Shown here: positions 40,921-52,985 of the stretch, piece by piece
Numbering within the stretch: the stretch's first letter is position 1
Layout: each line of letters opens with the position of its first letter
Assembly (NCBI RefSeq): GCF_006345805.1
Contig: NC_043003.1
Span: forward strand, 91,636,001 to 91,700,000
Origin: Octopus sinensis
Lineage: Eukaryota
Direction: 5' to 3'
DNA length: 64,000 nucleotides
Translations under genes and position numbers: made by a program
Notes under the pieces: generated by a model
Seen by the model: the letters and a program-made list of their open reading frames with translations, nothing else
Told to the model about the DNA's origin: nothing
The model's database searches: none

Positions 40921-41038
40921 CAGGTTGGGTCAAAAGTCACAAAGTCTGATTACACATTGCAATCTGTGAACATAATCTGGTGGCTTTAGCTGTTGCACCA
41001 ACTGCAATTTTATACTTTGTGACTTTTGGGCCACCCTA
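40921..41038. mobile_element. Tc1-like MITE
   Basis: TIR caggttgggtcaaaagtcacaaagt / actttgtgacttttgggccacccta; TA on both sides. Confidence 0.8.
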
Positions 41039-41539
41039 TACAGCTCTTAATTCTTCTTGAGTTTGATAAAACCAGTATATTGATTATCAAGTGACAACTG
41101 TATCATCATCATTTAATATCCATTTTCCATGTTGTATAAGTTGAACAATTTGACAAGATCCAGTGAGCTTGAGATGTGGGTGGGTGGGGTCAAGCTAACC
41201 AATGGCTTCTACAGGTGGATGCCCTTCTTAATGCCAATCATTTTACAGTGTTGGGTGTCTTTTTTTTTCTGACAACCAGCATGAGTAAGGCCACAAAAGT
41301 AACTTGTATGACAAGGAAAGCCTCCCCCTTAACTGAGTGGAGTTGTAGTAGAGAGGGAGGTGGCTTTATACCATGTGTTGAAAAGCCAAAGTATGGTAGA
41401 GGGATAGCCATAGGTATGGCTACACTGCATTACATAAGGATGTGTGAGAGTAGCTGGAAAGATCAAGATGTAGGTGATGTAGCATTTATGAAGAATGCAA
41501 ACATGTAAAAGTGGATATTCAAAAAATGATGATGATGAC

Positions 41540-42015
41540 TTTCATTCATTTCTTTGGTATTCCAAGTTGCAAAAGCTGGAGGTAGCTCAGTGAGGTGAAG
41601 TTAGACTGAAAGGGCAAGAGTCATTGTTGATGAGTTGTGTCTTAGAATTAAGGTAGTAGGGAAATCAATTAGATCACAGATAAGCAGAAAATACTCCTTT
41701 GATAGAACCGCATGTACAAATAAGATCTGTGCTGTGTGTAAAACAAACCCTGGAATTAACCGTAAAATGAGAGATGTTTATCAATTAAAATGTTTGGAAG
41801 GCAAGTGTGGGAACTCAACCACTGCATATATTGGGGAGACTACCAGAAGCATAGCAAAAAGAATGAAGAAACATTAGAACAAATGCTGTGGTAAGAAACT
41901 TATGTGATACTCTTCTCAGCATGCCAAGGATAACATTGACAAAAATCCTTTTAATATATCCAAATGATGCATCTTTATGGCAGATATGGAAGATCACAAT
42001 GGAAACTATCATTTA
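41540..42015 (+). mobile_element. Penelope-like element fragment: Cys-rich linker and GIY-YIG endonuclease
   Basis: RIKVVGKSIRSQISRKYSF..C...C.VC...DVYQLKC...YIGETTRSIAKRMKKH. Confidence 0.85.
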
Positions 42016-42769
42016 GTAAAAAAAAAAAAAAAAAAAAAACTTAAAATGTAGTGACCACACCACCACTGTACCATACTGGTGTATTTAAACACAGAGCTAT
42101 TGTGCATGCTCAGAACTGTTTTGCATGTCTGAGAATTGAAGTCAATCAGGCATCAAACTCATTTCTTGGAGTTATTGGAATAAAAGATGAAATATCATTA
42201 AATTGTAATTCGATCTATACCATCCCATAAACAAATAACACAGCTGGTCAATATATGCACTGAATCCACATATAATACACAAATGCAGTCCAGGCAAAAA
42301 GACAACCACTTGATAAAGATGAGAAAGAAATATTTTACCATCCATACTCTTCATAAATCCCATATCATACATATACACAAATGTGCAGATGCAGACATGT
42401 TCTCTCTAATGCACCTACTCAGAGAATCAACTATTCAACACAACCTTACATCTGCAGGCTCACATACACACACACCTGAGGGCAATGTATGAATGTGCAC
42501 TCATGCACTCCCTCCATTCCCCTCATACATTTTCACCAACATCCATACACCTACATAAATATAGAATCAAAACATGAAGAGATAGATCTGGATCCTTTGA
42601 AAAAAATTCAGGCGTGCATTGTTGTACTCACTTCTTCACAGCCAGTTTCACTTCAGCTACATCATCAAATTGTTTTCCCCCAAAGACTGCCCTTCTTTAG
42701 ACTGAGCAAGTACAAGCCAGAAAATAACAGATCCTAGCTGTACAATAGATGAAGAACCACTGACCGGCT

Positions 42770-43125
42770 CAATTTGCCTCTTGTCTGATTTGTTGTCATG
42801 GTGATTGTGGATCATTTTCAGTTTCTTGTCCAGTCTCTTCCTTCTAATGGCTTCTCTAAGCTGCACATTGCACTACTCTTGAACTTCTTATGCTTTGGAA
42901 AAAAGATGCGATACCTTTCCATGAACTGATCCTTCATTTTTGGATTGTAAAGATATACCTAGGTTTCATCCTCTGTCACCAGAGAAGAAATAAAAAAAAA
43001 AAACTTGTCTTCATTCACTTCAAACATCTCCAGTTGATCAGAGCAGATCCCTAAATTTCTTTCCTTCAAATCAGGTCTCAACTCTTAAGATATTCATATT
43101 GCACATGCTTTCTGATACCCTTCCA
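42770..43125 (-). mobile_element. mariner transposase relic
   Basis: DET.VYLYNPKMKDQFME and QLREAIRRKR...IHNHHDN motifs. Confidence 0.75.
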
Positions 43126-46100
43126 ACATCTGCAAAAAGGGACCAATGGAATAAGTACCAGACTGGGGTGATTTGTTCAACTAAACTCTTCAAGATGATG
43201 TACCAGTATGGCCACAGTCCAATGACTGGCACAAGTAAATATAAAAAAGAATACCATATCCCTTTCAGCTGAGGGGGTGACCGTACCAGTTCTGGTGCCC
43301 TGAAAAAAAAACATTCAGTACATTCTGGTTGGTATTAGGAAGGGCATCAAGCACTCATTGGAGCTCAGTACATCCCTCTGGTTCATCAGTTCATGTTGAT
43401 CCTGTCACACATAGCATTATGGAAAAAGGGATGTTAAATGATGATGATGATGATATAAGTTTATATGTTATATATTTAAAGCTAAGTGTAACTATGTATA
43501 CAAAGAGCAGCAGCTGCATTTTTTATGTTCATTTTGTTTCCTACTGGCATAGGTCAGAAGAACATGTCATGTTCCAGTGCTTTAGTTTTGGTGTGGCTTC
43601 TATGGCTGAATGCTCTTGCTAACACCAATTACTCTACAGAATGTACAGGTTGCTTTTTTCATGGCACCAACACTAGTCAGGGTTGCCTTGTAACTTGCAA
43701 GTCTTGTAGCTTAAAGAGGCCCATTATGTGAGAGGGAGAAAAGGGGATGGAGTAATTACTTTATATGGGTTGTTGAGAGGTTAATGCATAACTGAATGAA
43801 TGAAGACTAGGTTTGTTGTGGAGGAGATTCATATATTATATATATTAAACGTTTTTATAAGTCACATTTTATAACCTCACATTTTATTTGGGTGACTAGA
43901 GTGGTGCTACAGGGAGCGGTATGTATGTATGGTAATGAGGTTCTGCGTGCATTTAAGGTGACATGTCTAGGATGGTGAAAAGAAGAGATCATGAATACAA
44001 AAGAATCACTGGGAGTAGGTAATGCTGTATGAGTGAGAGATGGATATAATGATGGAGTGGAGGTGGTCAAATATATATAGTGGGGGAATGCAGTGAATGC
44101 AAGAGACAAATATTTAATGAATGCATGGGAACTACTTCAAGTTTCATGTTCAGATAGTGCACTAATCGATAGCCTTGTATAATGTATCGTGTGATCTGGT
44201 AATCGTTCAGGCTCAAATAACAACGTTACTCTGGGAAAATGCAAAAAAAAAAGTAAAAACACAAAAAAGTTAAAACGTTAAAGGTAAGAGGAATAATTCA
44301 TTTTATGGAATCTAGGTTATGTCCCTTTAATCCGATAACGAGGAGTGTTAATGTTGAGTGTTTTAACTAGGTGCCGTCATCTAAAAAGAAGAAAAAAAGC
44401 CTGTGCCTAGTAGGTTTAGTTAATTGGAGGAAAGGCTAAAGTGCATTAAACTTCTGGTGAAGGAAGGTATCCTTCAGTTCAATAACTGTTTGGAAACTTT
44501 TATAGCTTATGACAGCATGCGACAGGGTAGGCGGTCTCAAGAGGAGGTAATTAGATACCTATACACCTGCATACTAAGGAATAAATACTAGAATCTATAA
44601 ATGACATATACAGATAGTACACATCCATACACGTGCATATATGTATACATACATTTTAATGTACATGTATGCACTCGCAAAACTATATTCATATATAATA
44701 TAAGCATATTCATGCTTACATGCAAAAACATTTTTGTACAATACATGTTTATGAGTGCGTGTTCTCAAATGCATAGGTGTATGCATATTCATACACACAC
44801 ACATACACATATGTATATCCATAAATGCTCATCAAATACACACATATATATCATCATTTTAACATTTACTTTTCAATGCTTGCATGGGTCAGATAGAATT
44901 TGTTGAGGCAAACTGCCAATGGCTAGATGCCCTCTCTGTCACTAAACCACACCTGTTTCCAAGCAAGATAACATTTTCCAGATATGTTGTCTTGGAAGAC
45001 TGCAAATAAACAATGCTGCTTTTATGATAGTAATACTCATTTACAAATATCAAGTGAGGTCAAGAACAGGGGATACAAATATTTACATATACCCATACAC
45101 ACACATATGTGATGGGCTTTTCAGTTTCTGTCTGTTTAACCCGTTCACAAGTCTTTGGTTAACCTGAGGCTACAGTAAAAGACACTTTCTCGAGGTTCCA
45201 CATAATAGCACTGAGCTCAGAGCCACATAGTTGGGAAGCAAACTTCTTAACCCAGACAACAAATTAATCTTTCATTTAGATGTAATCTGTGTTTTAATTA
45301 TAATTATTATAGATGAATTGAATTATCTTATTTAAATTATTATTTGAATCGTAATTATTAATGACGAACAGAATTAACTATTTAAATCTCTGTTTCAATT
45401 ATAATCATTACAGATTAATAGAATGAACTATTCAAATACAAACTTACAAATGTAAACTTCATATATAACACTAGCAAAATCATTAGAACGTCAAACAAAA
45501 TCACTTGTCCTGTGCAGTTACTTTCTGAGTTCAAAGCCAGTAATAGGTGGGTGAGGAGTCATAATTGATTGTCTCTTCATCATCAAGAAATCAATAGGAC
45601 TGAAATGATGTTGATAAATACTTTTGATCACTGGAAGTTCAAGCAATTGATGATTTGTTACCATATTTCTGATAAAATACACAGCTTTTCATCATCCTCA
45701 GTATTTAATGTCTGTCTTCCATGCTGGCATGGGTTGGATAGTTTGATGCATTCTGATGCATCAGAGGACTGCAATGATCTCCAGTGCCTTCTTTGGCATG
45801 GGTTCTATAGCTAGATGCTCTTCCTAACCCAGCATACTGGGTGCTATTTTTGGATGCCAGCTACTGTCTTGTTTCAATTAATTTTCGAAATTATGAAGAA
45901 TTTAGTAAAATAATTTTGTCAGTGTTAAGCTGGATTTTGGAACATAAATTAACAAGAAATTTTGATAGGTTTAAATTTAGGTTACTTTAAAGCAGGAAGC
46001 TTGTATAATAGGTGGGTTGGTATCAAAATAGTTAATGTATGGATAAACAAACAGCAGATGTAAATAATAGTATAATACTAAAGTAAGAATAGTAATATGT

Positions 46101-46751
46101 AATTTAAAAAAATAAAAGGCACAACATTGGTTGTTAGCATTTTGTTAATAGTGAGAATAATAAGACATAAAGATGTATTACCTATCACCTCCTCTGTGAT
46201 CCACTCCTATTTCCTTCACCTTTTCCCCTATAAAGTGATATTCACCAATGACCAGGCCTCCATTCATGTTCATTACATTCACTTCTAATCATCTGTCACT
46301 CTTACACACACTCAAGAACATATGTACTTCCTGATCCTCTGTCCCTAAACTGTTACAGTCATCTTCTTGTACCTTGAGGGAACACTCCGACACCTTGTCA
46401 CCATTTCTTCCTTTCCTGCTGGGATGGCCATGTATCTCTTATACAGCAAGACACCTGCTCCTGCTCTTGTCCCTCTATCATACTTTAGTTTCTCAACACT
46501 TGCCATAATGCCACCTGGTCTCAATACTACACCCTCCACTCAGTGAAGAGGTCTTATCTTGCCAGATACTTGGTGAGCACATCAGTACTGGTTACCATAA
46601 AAAAATGCACCCTGTACAGAGATTGGTGTTAGGAAGGTCACCCAGCTGTAGAAAGCATGCCAAAAAAGACATTGGAATTCAATGCAACCCTCTGGCTTGT
46701 CAGATTCTATTGAACCAACCAGCCCACCCATGCCAGCATGGAAAACAGATT

Positions 46752-47359
46752 TTAACTCTTTAATATTTAAACCAGCCATATCCAGCCAAAACTATTCTAC
46801 CTGTTTTATGTTCAAACTGGCCAGATCTGGCCTTGCACACCTATTCTACACTGTCATTCTAAAAATATATAAACACAGGAGTGGCTGTGTGGTAAGTAGC
46901 TTGCTTACCAACCACATGGTTCCGGGTTCAGTTTCACTGCATGGTACCTTGGGCAAGTGTCTTCTACTATAGCCTTGGGATGACCAAAGCCTTGTGAGTG
47001 GATTTGGTAGATGGAAACTGAACAAAGCCCGATGTACATATATATATGTATGTGTTTGTGTGTGTATGTTTGTCCCCACAACATCGCTTGACAACCGAAG
47101 CTGGTGTTTACATCACCATAACTTAGTGGTTCAGCAAACGAAACTGATAGAATAAGTACTAGGCTTACAAAGAATAAATCCTGGGGCTGATTCGTTCAAC
47201 TAAAGGTGGTGCTCCAGCATGGCTGCAGTCAAATGACTGAAACAAGTAAAAGAATAAAACACCATTGACATCTTGAAACTACAACATGTGACTAATTCAA
47301 AACAATGTAAATAAATAAGCATCACATTTGACAAAAAAATCTGAATGCTAAAGGGTCAA
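46752..47359 (-). mobile_element. P2 MITE split by a SINE-B insertion
   Basis: P2 halves at 46752-46874 and 47258-47359; TTAA on the left, aatgctaaagggtcaa on the right. Confidence 0.8.
46875..47257 (+). mobile_element. SINE family B, near full length (tRNA head, CORE-like block, microsatellite spacer, AAAGAAT tail)
   Basis: A box tggctgtgtgg; B-box-like ggttcagtttc; ccttgggcaagtg resembles the CORE-SINE block. Confidence 0.85.
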
Positions 47360-48086
47360 ATAATGATGATGATTTTGAAGGCGTTGAAGATGATGATGCA
47401 TTGGCCAGCATGCTGCTTTGATGGAATATATAAATAAGGTATCAGAAGAAATATATTCTCTACTAAAAGATAGCAAATGATTAGGAAATGAGGTATTAAA
47501 CATGAAGAAAAAAAGAAAAGAAAAACACAACTGCTCCAGCATGGCCACAGATTCTGGTTGAAACAAGTAAAAGTAAATAAAAGAAGAGTTCACAAAATGA
47601 GTTGTCATTATAAAGACAAAGGCAGAATAATGCATGTTAGAAAAATGTACAAAACATATTTTCTAGGTTATCACTTTTATGTAAATCAAGTTTGCAAAAT
47701 ATTACTGAAAGAAAATATTCCAACAGCATCAAAATAAAATTTTAGCATTTGTTACTTTCATTAAGTAAACTTAATGTTTAATCACAATTATATTTATATG
47801 TATTTTACAATTTATATGTTTCAGTCAGTTTGACTTCTGATTGTCTTCAGCTCTCTTGTTCACCAATTTGTACTTAGTTTTAAGCTGGGTCTGATTATAG
47901 AACCTCTTTTTGTTATCTAAAAGAAAGATATTTGTGTCCTATTCAAAATGAAACCATTATGTCTTTATAAGAAATATCTTTGAAGCTAAAGGTAAGCTTT
48001 TGAAAAAAGAAAAAGAAAATACCAGAAGCAGGGAGTTGATGAGAATAGCTGAATTAAGTGACTATTTTAATGATATGCACATCACT

Positions 48087-49988
48087 TCAACCTGTGTGTA
48101 TTTTTGTATGTCTGTTTAGCCCAGAACTTTGAGAAAAACATTTCCCACATATCTGACAGTGAAATGGTTTCTCCCCTGTGTGTGTTCGATTATGACTCTT
48201 CAAACTCGAGCTTCGAGAAAAGTATTTCCCACATATTTGGCAACAAAATGGTTTTTCTCCTGTATGAGTTCTAACATGAACCTTTAGATCAGATGCCTTC
48301 AGGAAAGTTTTCCCACATGTCTCACAGTGAAAGGGTTTTATTCCAGCATGCATATAAGCATGTTTTTTAAGTTCACTTAGAACAAGAAAGGATTTCCTAC
48401 ATATTCCACAAGCAAATGGTTTTTCATTTTTATGGTTGTTTTGATGCAAATCTAACTCATAACTAGTTGTAAAAGTCTTACTACAAATGATGCAGTGGCA
48501 TGAATTCTCTTCCAGATGAGCTATTGTATGAACTTTTAAATCAGAAGTTGTAAGGAATTTTTTATTACATATCTGACACTGAATTTCTTTCTTGCTCTTC
48601 TCATGTCTTTTTTTATGTATAAGTAAATTATATTTTGTAGAAAACTTTCGGCTGCATATATCACATTGGTATGGTTTTTCCCCGGTGTGCAACCTGTTGT
48701 GTAACTTCAGAACAGAACTTCTAGTGAAATTTTTGCAACAGATTTTGCATTGAAATGGTTTCTCCCCCGTATGTGTTTGAGTGTGTAAGTTTAAATTACA
48801 ACTGGTGGAAAAGCTTTTGCCACATATTTCACAGCGATATGGTTTCTCCCCTGTGTGACTTCTTGTATGCACCTGTAAATGCGAGCTTATAGAGAAGCTT
48901 TTCCCACAAATCTCGCAAGAAAATGGTTTTTCTCCAGTGTGAGTCCGTTTGTGTAATTTCAGGTTTTGGCTGGCAGAGAATCCTTTATTACAAATATCAC
49001 AATAAAATAGTTGTTCTCCAGTGTGTTTTCGTGTATGTAACCTTAGTACAGATTTAGAAGAAAAGTTTTTGTCACAAGTAAGACAGTGATAAGGTTTTTC
49101 ACCAGTGTGTGTTCGTGTATGAAGGTTGAGATTGTAATTTGTTGAGAAACCTCTTCCACAGATTTCACAGTGAAATTCTTTCTCACCACTATGTATTTTC
49201 CTATGTACATCTAATTTATATACTGTGTAAAAACTTTTATTGCACACCTCACAGTTATAGGACTTCTTACCACTATGAATTTGTATGTGTAACCTTAGCT
49301 CTGATTTTGTGGACAGTCCTTTTCCGCAAAGTTTACACTGAAATGATTTTTCCCCAGTGTGCACTTTTATATGTAAGTTTAACTTATAGTTTGTTGTAAA
49401 ACTTTTACCACACATCTGACAAGGAAAAGGTTTCTCCCCTGTATGCGTTCTGGTGTGTATCTTCATTTCAAATTTCTCAGAAAAGCATTTCCCACATATT
49501 AAACAAAGAAAAGGTTTTTCCCCAGTGTGTGTCCTAATGTGTCTTTTCAGTACAAAACTACTGGAAAATTGCTTGTTACATAACTTACAAGAGAAAGGTT
49601 TTTCACCTGTATGTGTCATCATGTGTCTTTTCAAATGTGAACAAGTTGGAAAACATTTCTTACATATTTCACAAGGAAAAGGTTTTTCTCCAGAGTGTGT
49701 TTTATTGTGTACCCTAAGTACTGATTTCCTTGAATATCGTTTATCACATATCTCACACTGAAATGGCTTCTCTCCTGTATGAGATCGCATATGTATCAGT
49801 AGTTCAGATTTTTTACAAAACTTCTTTTCACATAACTCACAGAATATTCGCTTTATTTTGTGTTTTCTGGTAGATGTCATCTTTTTGCTATCTGTTACCT
49901 CTTTTGTTTTGAGACTTATTAGTTTATTTTCATCCTGTTTATCTTGAGAAATATTAGCAGTCACACTCAATGTATTTGTCTCCATCAT
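48087..49988 (-). CDS. Multi-C2H2 zinc-finger protein, 633 aa, 21 fingers, no recognisable KRAB/BTB/SCAN/ZAD domain
   Basis: Uninterrupted ORF with 21 C-x2-C-x12-H-x3-H units, mostly TGEKP linkers; in-frame stop 17 codons upstream of ATGATG. Confidence 0.96.
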   Translation of the reverse strand: MMETNTLSVTANISQDKQDENKLISLKTKEVTDSKKMTSTRKHKIKRIFCELCEKKFCKKSELLIHMRSHTGEKPFQCEICDKRYSRKSVLRVHNKTHSGEKPFPCEICKKCFPTCSHLKRHMMTHTGEKPFSCKLCNKQFSSSFVLKRHIRTHTGEKPFLCLICGKCFSEKFEMKIHTRTHTGEKPFPCQMCGKSFTTNYKLNLHIKVHTGEKSFQCKLCGKGLSTKSELRLHIQIHSGKKSYNCEVCNKSFYTVYKLDVHRKIHSGEKEFHCEICGRGFSTNYNLNLHTRTHTGEKPYHCLTCDKNFSSKSVLRLHTRKHTGEQLFYCDICNKGFSASQNLKLHKRTHTGEKPFSCEICGKSFSISSHLQVHTRSHTGEKPYRCEICGKSFSTSCNLNLHTQTHTGEKPFQCKICCKNFTRSSVLKLHNRLHTGEKPYQCDICSRKFSTKYNLLIHKKRHEKSKKEIQCQICNKKFLTTSDLKVHTIAHLEENSCHCIICSKTFTTSYELDLHQNNHKNEKPFACGICRKSFLVLSELKKHAYMHAGIKPFHCETCGKTFLKASDLKVHVRTHTGEKPFCCQICGKYFSRSSSLKSHNRTHTGEKPFHCQICGKCFSQSSGLNRHTKIHTG

Positions 49989-50448
49989 GACAATATACCA
50001 GCAAGAGACAGAATTTTGAATTTCAAGAGGTGAATATTATTTAACTCAGAGGGTCAAACCATTTGAAGTAGTTTAATGGGATGTAATAAATCCTTGAAAT
50101 ACACTAAAGCTAAAGGAATGCAATATATGTTGCTTCCATTCTAGTTTTGTAAACATTATATCACAGTTATAAAACAGAAGGAAACTCTCATAGAAAAACC
50201 TTAAAAAAAACTGCAGGTTTCCATCACGACATTGCTTGTCGATATGTTTCAAGAAAGACTGAAGACAATGAAATGTGTATACGCATAGTGTCATGGTGTA
50301 TCAAAGACTTTGCTATTATTTGATGTCCTTTGGATAAAATTATTTTGGTTTTAAAATCACCAATTTATTGGATAAAATTGCTTCATTTAACAACATTCTT
50401 CCATCATCTGCATGGCTGATATGTCTCAACTGCTACTGCATTCGAATT
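49989..50448 (-). other. Probable 5' UTR portion of the ZNF coding exon, with several upstream ATGs
   Basis: ttttCAG acceptor at 50455-50449; non-repeat sequence down to the start codon; uORF at 50073-50294. Confidence 0.45.
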
Positions 50449-50484
50449 CTGAAAATATAATAATAATAATAATAATAAAAATAA

Positions 50485-50953
50485 TAATAATTTCTACTAT
50501 AGGCACAAGGCCTGAAATTTTTGGGGAGGGGGTTAGTCAATTACATTAACCACAGCACTTGACTGGTACTTGTTTCGTCAACTCTAAAAGGATGAAAGTC
50601 AACCTTGGTGGAATTTGAACTCAGAACATAGCAACAGACGAAATACTTATTTCTTTATTACCCACAAGGGGCTAAACACAGAGGGGACAAACAAGGACAG
50701 ACATAGGTATTAAGTCGATTACATCGACCCCCCAGTGCGTAACTGGTACTTAATTTATCGACCCCGAAAGGATGAAAGGTAAAGTCGACCTCGGCGGAAT
50801 TTGAACTCACAACGTAACGGCAGACGAAATACCGCTAAGCATTTCGCCCGACGTGCTAACGTTTCTGCCATCTCTCCTCCGTGTACCACACAACAGACGA
50901 AATACTGCCAAGCATTTTGCCTGGCATGCTAACAACTCTGCCAGTTCACCACT

Positions 50954-50955
<2 letters not shown>
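50485..50955 (-). mobile_element. Old SINE-A containing a young SINE-A (50648-50890) with a 16 bp TSD
   Basis: caacagacgaaatact at 50632-50647 and 50891-50906; the inner copy retains all its CpGs. Confidence 0.9.
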
Positions 50956-50998
<43 letters not shown>

Positions 50999-51239
50999 TT
51001 AATAATAATGATAATGCTTTCTATTGAAGGCAAAAAGGCTTGAAATTTTGGGGGAAGGACTAGTTGATTAAATCAACCTCAGTGTTTCACTGGTACTTAA
51101 TTTATCAACCCCAAAAGGATGAAAGGCAAAGTTGACCTTGGCAGAATTTGAACTCAGGATGTAAAGACGGACGAAATGCCACTAAGCATTATAACAACAA
51201 CAATAATTTAAAAAATAGTATTGGCAGTTAGATATCCCC

Positions 51240-51955
51240 CAAAAACTAACTAAATAATAGAAGAATTCAAGAAGGGAAGGAAGAGCAACAGAGCAGACAG
51301 AAATGGAGTTATATGGCCAATTCATGTAACAAACTGAGAGTATTGAAAGTAAATGCTAGCTTATGGCTGATGGACAAAAACTTGAAACGGGAGATCAAAG
51401 TGCTAATTATAGCTGCTCAAGAACAAGCCATTAGGATGAATCTGATAAAGGCAAAGATTGACAAAACTCAGTCAGACAGCAAATGAAGACTCTGTAGGAA
51501 ACGAGACAAATGTGTAGGTCATCTCTTGAGTAAGCAAGCAGTAAGCAAGCATCAGCCAAGTGTGTGGCTTTGAAATAGCAGGGAAGTGATATTGACATGA
51601 ATCACAGACTGTAACAATGAATGAGAATTACAGGTTCTTATGGAACTTCCCCAAAGAACAAAATAAACAGTGTAAGATTATAAACTTTGCAATTCCCTAT
51701 GAAAACAGAGTTGATTCCAAAGAAATTGGAAAAAAAAAAAAAGAAAGAGAAATGCCAGGATCTTGCCAGACAGCTAAAGAGACTGGAAGACTAAGACGAC
51801 AATTATTTGTGGGGTAACTGGTGCACTTGACACAACACCCAAGATGCTACCTTAAAGACTGAAAGACACAGGAATTGAGACTCACATTGTTGACTTGCAG
51901 AAAAGTGCAGTTCTGTATTCTGCAGGAATCCTAAGAAAGATTTGTTGTTAGTAAA
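51240..51955 (+). mobile_element. R4/Dong-like non-LTR retroelement relic (CCHC and restriction-like endonuclease region)
   Basis: LIIAAQEQAI..NLIKAKIDKTQSDSK.RLC...CVGHL; CKIINFAIPYENRVDSKEI; QKSAVLYSAGILRK. Confidence 0.75.
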
Positions 51956-52299
51956 TCTCAGGATAACATTCCTGCTAATTAAATTAGCATGTACAAGCTT
52001 GTTGTTGTTGAAGATGCTCCTTTCTACTATAGGCACATAGTCTGAAATTTTGTGGGAAAGGGTTAGATAATTACATTGACTACAGTGCTCAACTGGTATT
52101 CATTTTATCAACCCCAAAAGGATGAAAAGCAAATAATAAGATTTAATGTATACAACACTTAGCTGCATTACAACTGATCAGAAAGGGTTAAAGGAGGGGA
52201 CAAAGGGCAAACATATCAGTCAAGTAAAGAAAGACAATGAAGGCTACACAAAATTAGAGAAAAGTGTTATAAAGACTGAAGAAGCGTAAGCACATCAGG

Positions 52300-52985
52300 A
52301 GTAGTGTTGGTGAATTTTAGGAAGCATGGGATTTTTGAAGGATGCACTGTTCAGACAGCTAACAACAAATGTGGATAGTTTATCCCATGCTTCAACAATT
52401 CTGAGTGTGAAAAAATGTTTCTGAAAGTTATGGGTGCTGTGTTGTTTTTTGATTTTAATAGCATGTCCACAAGCACTAGAGATGCTGAATTCAAAAGGGT
52501 GGCCAAAATTATTACTGGTGGAAAACCTTGTGGGCTAGACCAAGTCAGCTGTAAAAATATTGAAGCTTTAGATTGTTGATACCCAGAGAAGTAATATATT
52601 CAAGATGTAGTAAGTGAATGACAGAGGGTATTCATTTGGTTGCACATCTCTGGATATCTTCCAGCAAATCAATATTTTGGACAAGATGGGGGTTTCAGAC
52701 TAGAGATGCAAACACTAAGTATAGATATATCAAAGCTATACACAGCTCCAAATAGACAGCTGGTGAGCAGCTGGCAAAAGTCTTAATGAGTGATGTTAAG
52801 GCACCTTCAGTCTTTTTGATTATTTTAGAAATGTGGTTTGTTAAATTCAGATCATTGTTGAATATAATGTGTAGGTCACATTCACAGCACACTCTTTGTG
52901 GTTACCATTGTGCAAGGAGTAGGTAAATTCCTGGTTTTTCTTCTAAAGTATATAGTGGTGCACTTGTCTACTGCCAAAGAGCACA
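52300..52985 (-). mobile_element. CR1-like LINE 3' fragment, old
   Basis: CECDL.I...NHISKIIKKTEGALTSLIKTFASCSPAVYL homologous to 59780-60380. Confidence 0.85.

Noticed and set aside
42018-42039. Poly(A) run suggesting a processed pseudogene
   Set aside because: The upstream sequence is Penelope GIY-YIG, not a cellular mRNA; no TSD was found.
46875-46950. tRNA genes at A/B-box sites (also 12360, 24715, 54200)
   Set aside because: No complete cloverleaf or acceptor stem; they continue into SINE bodies.
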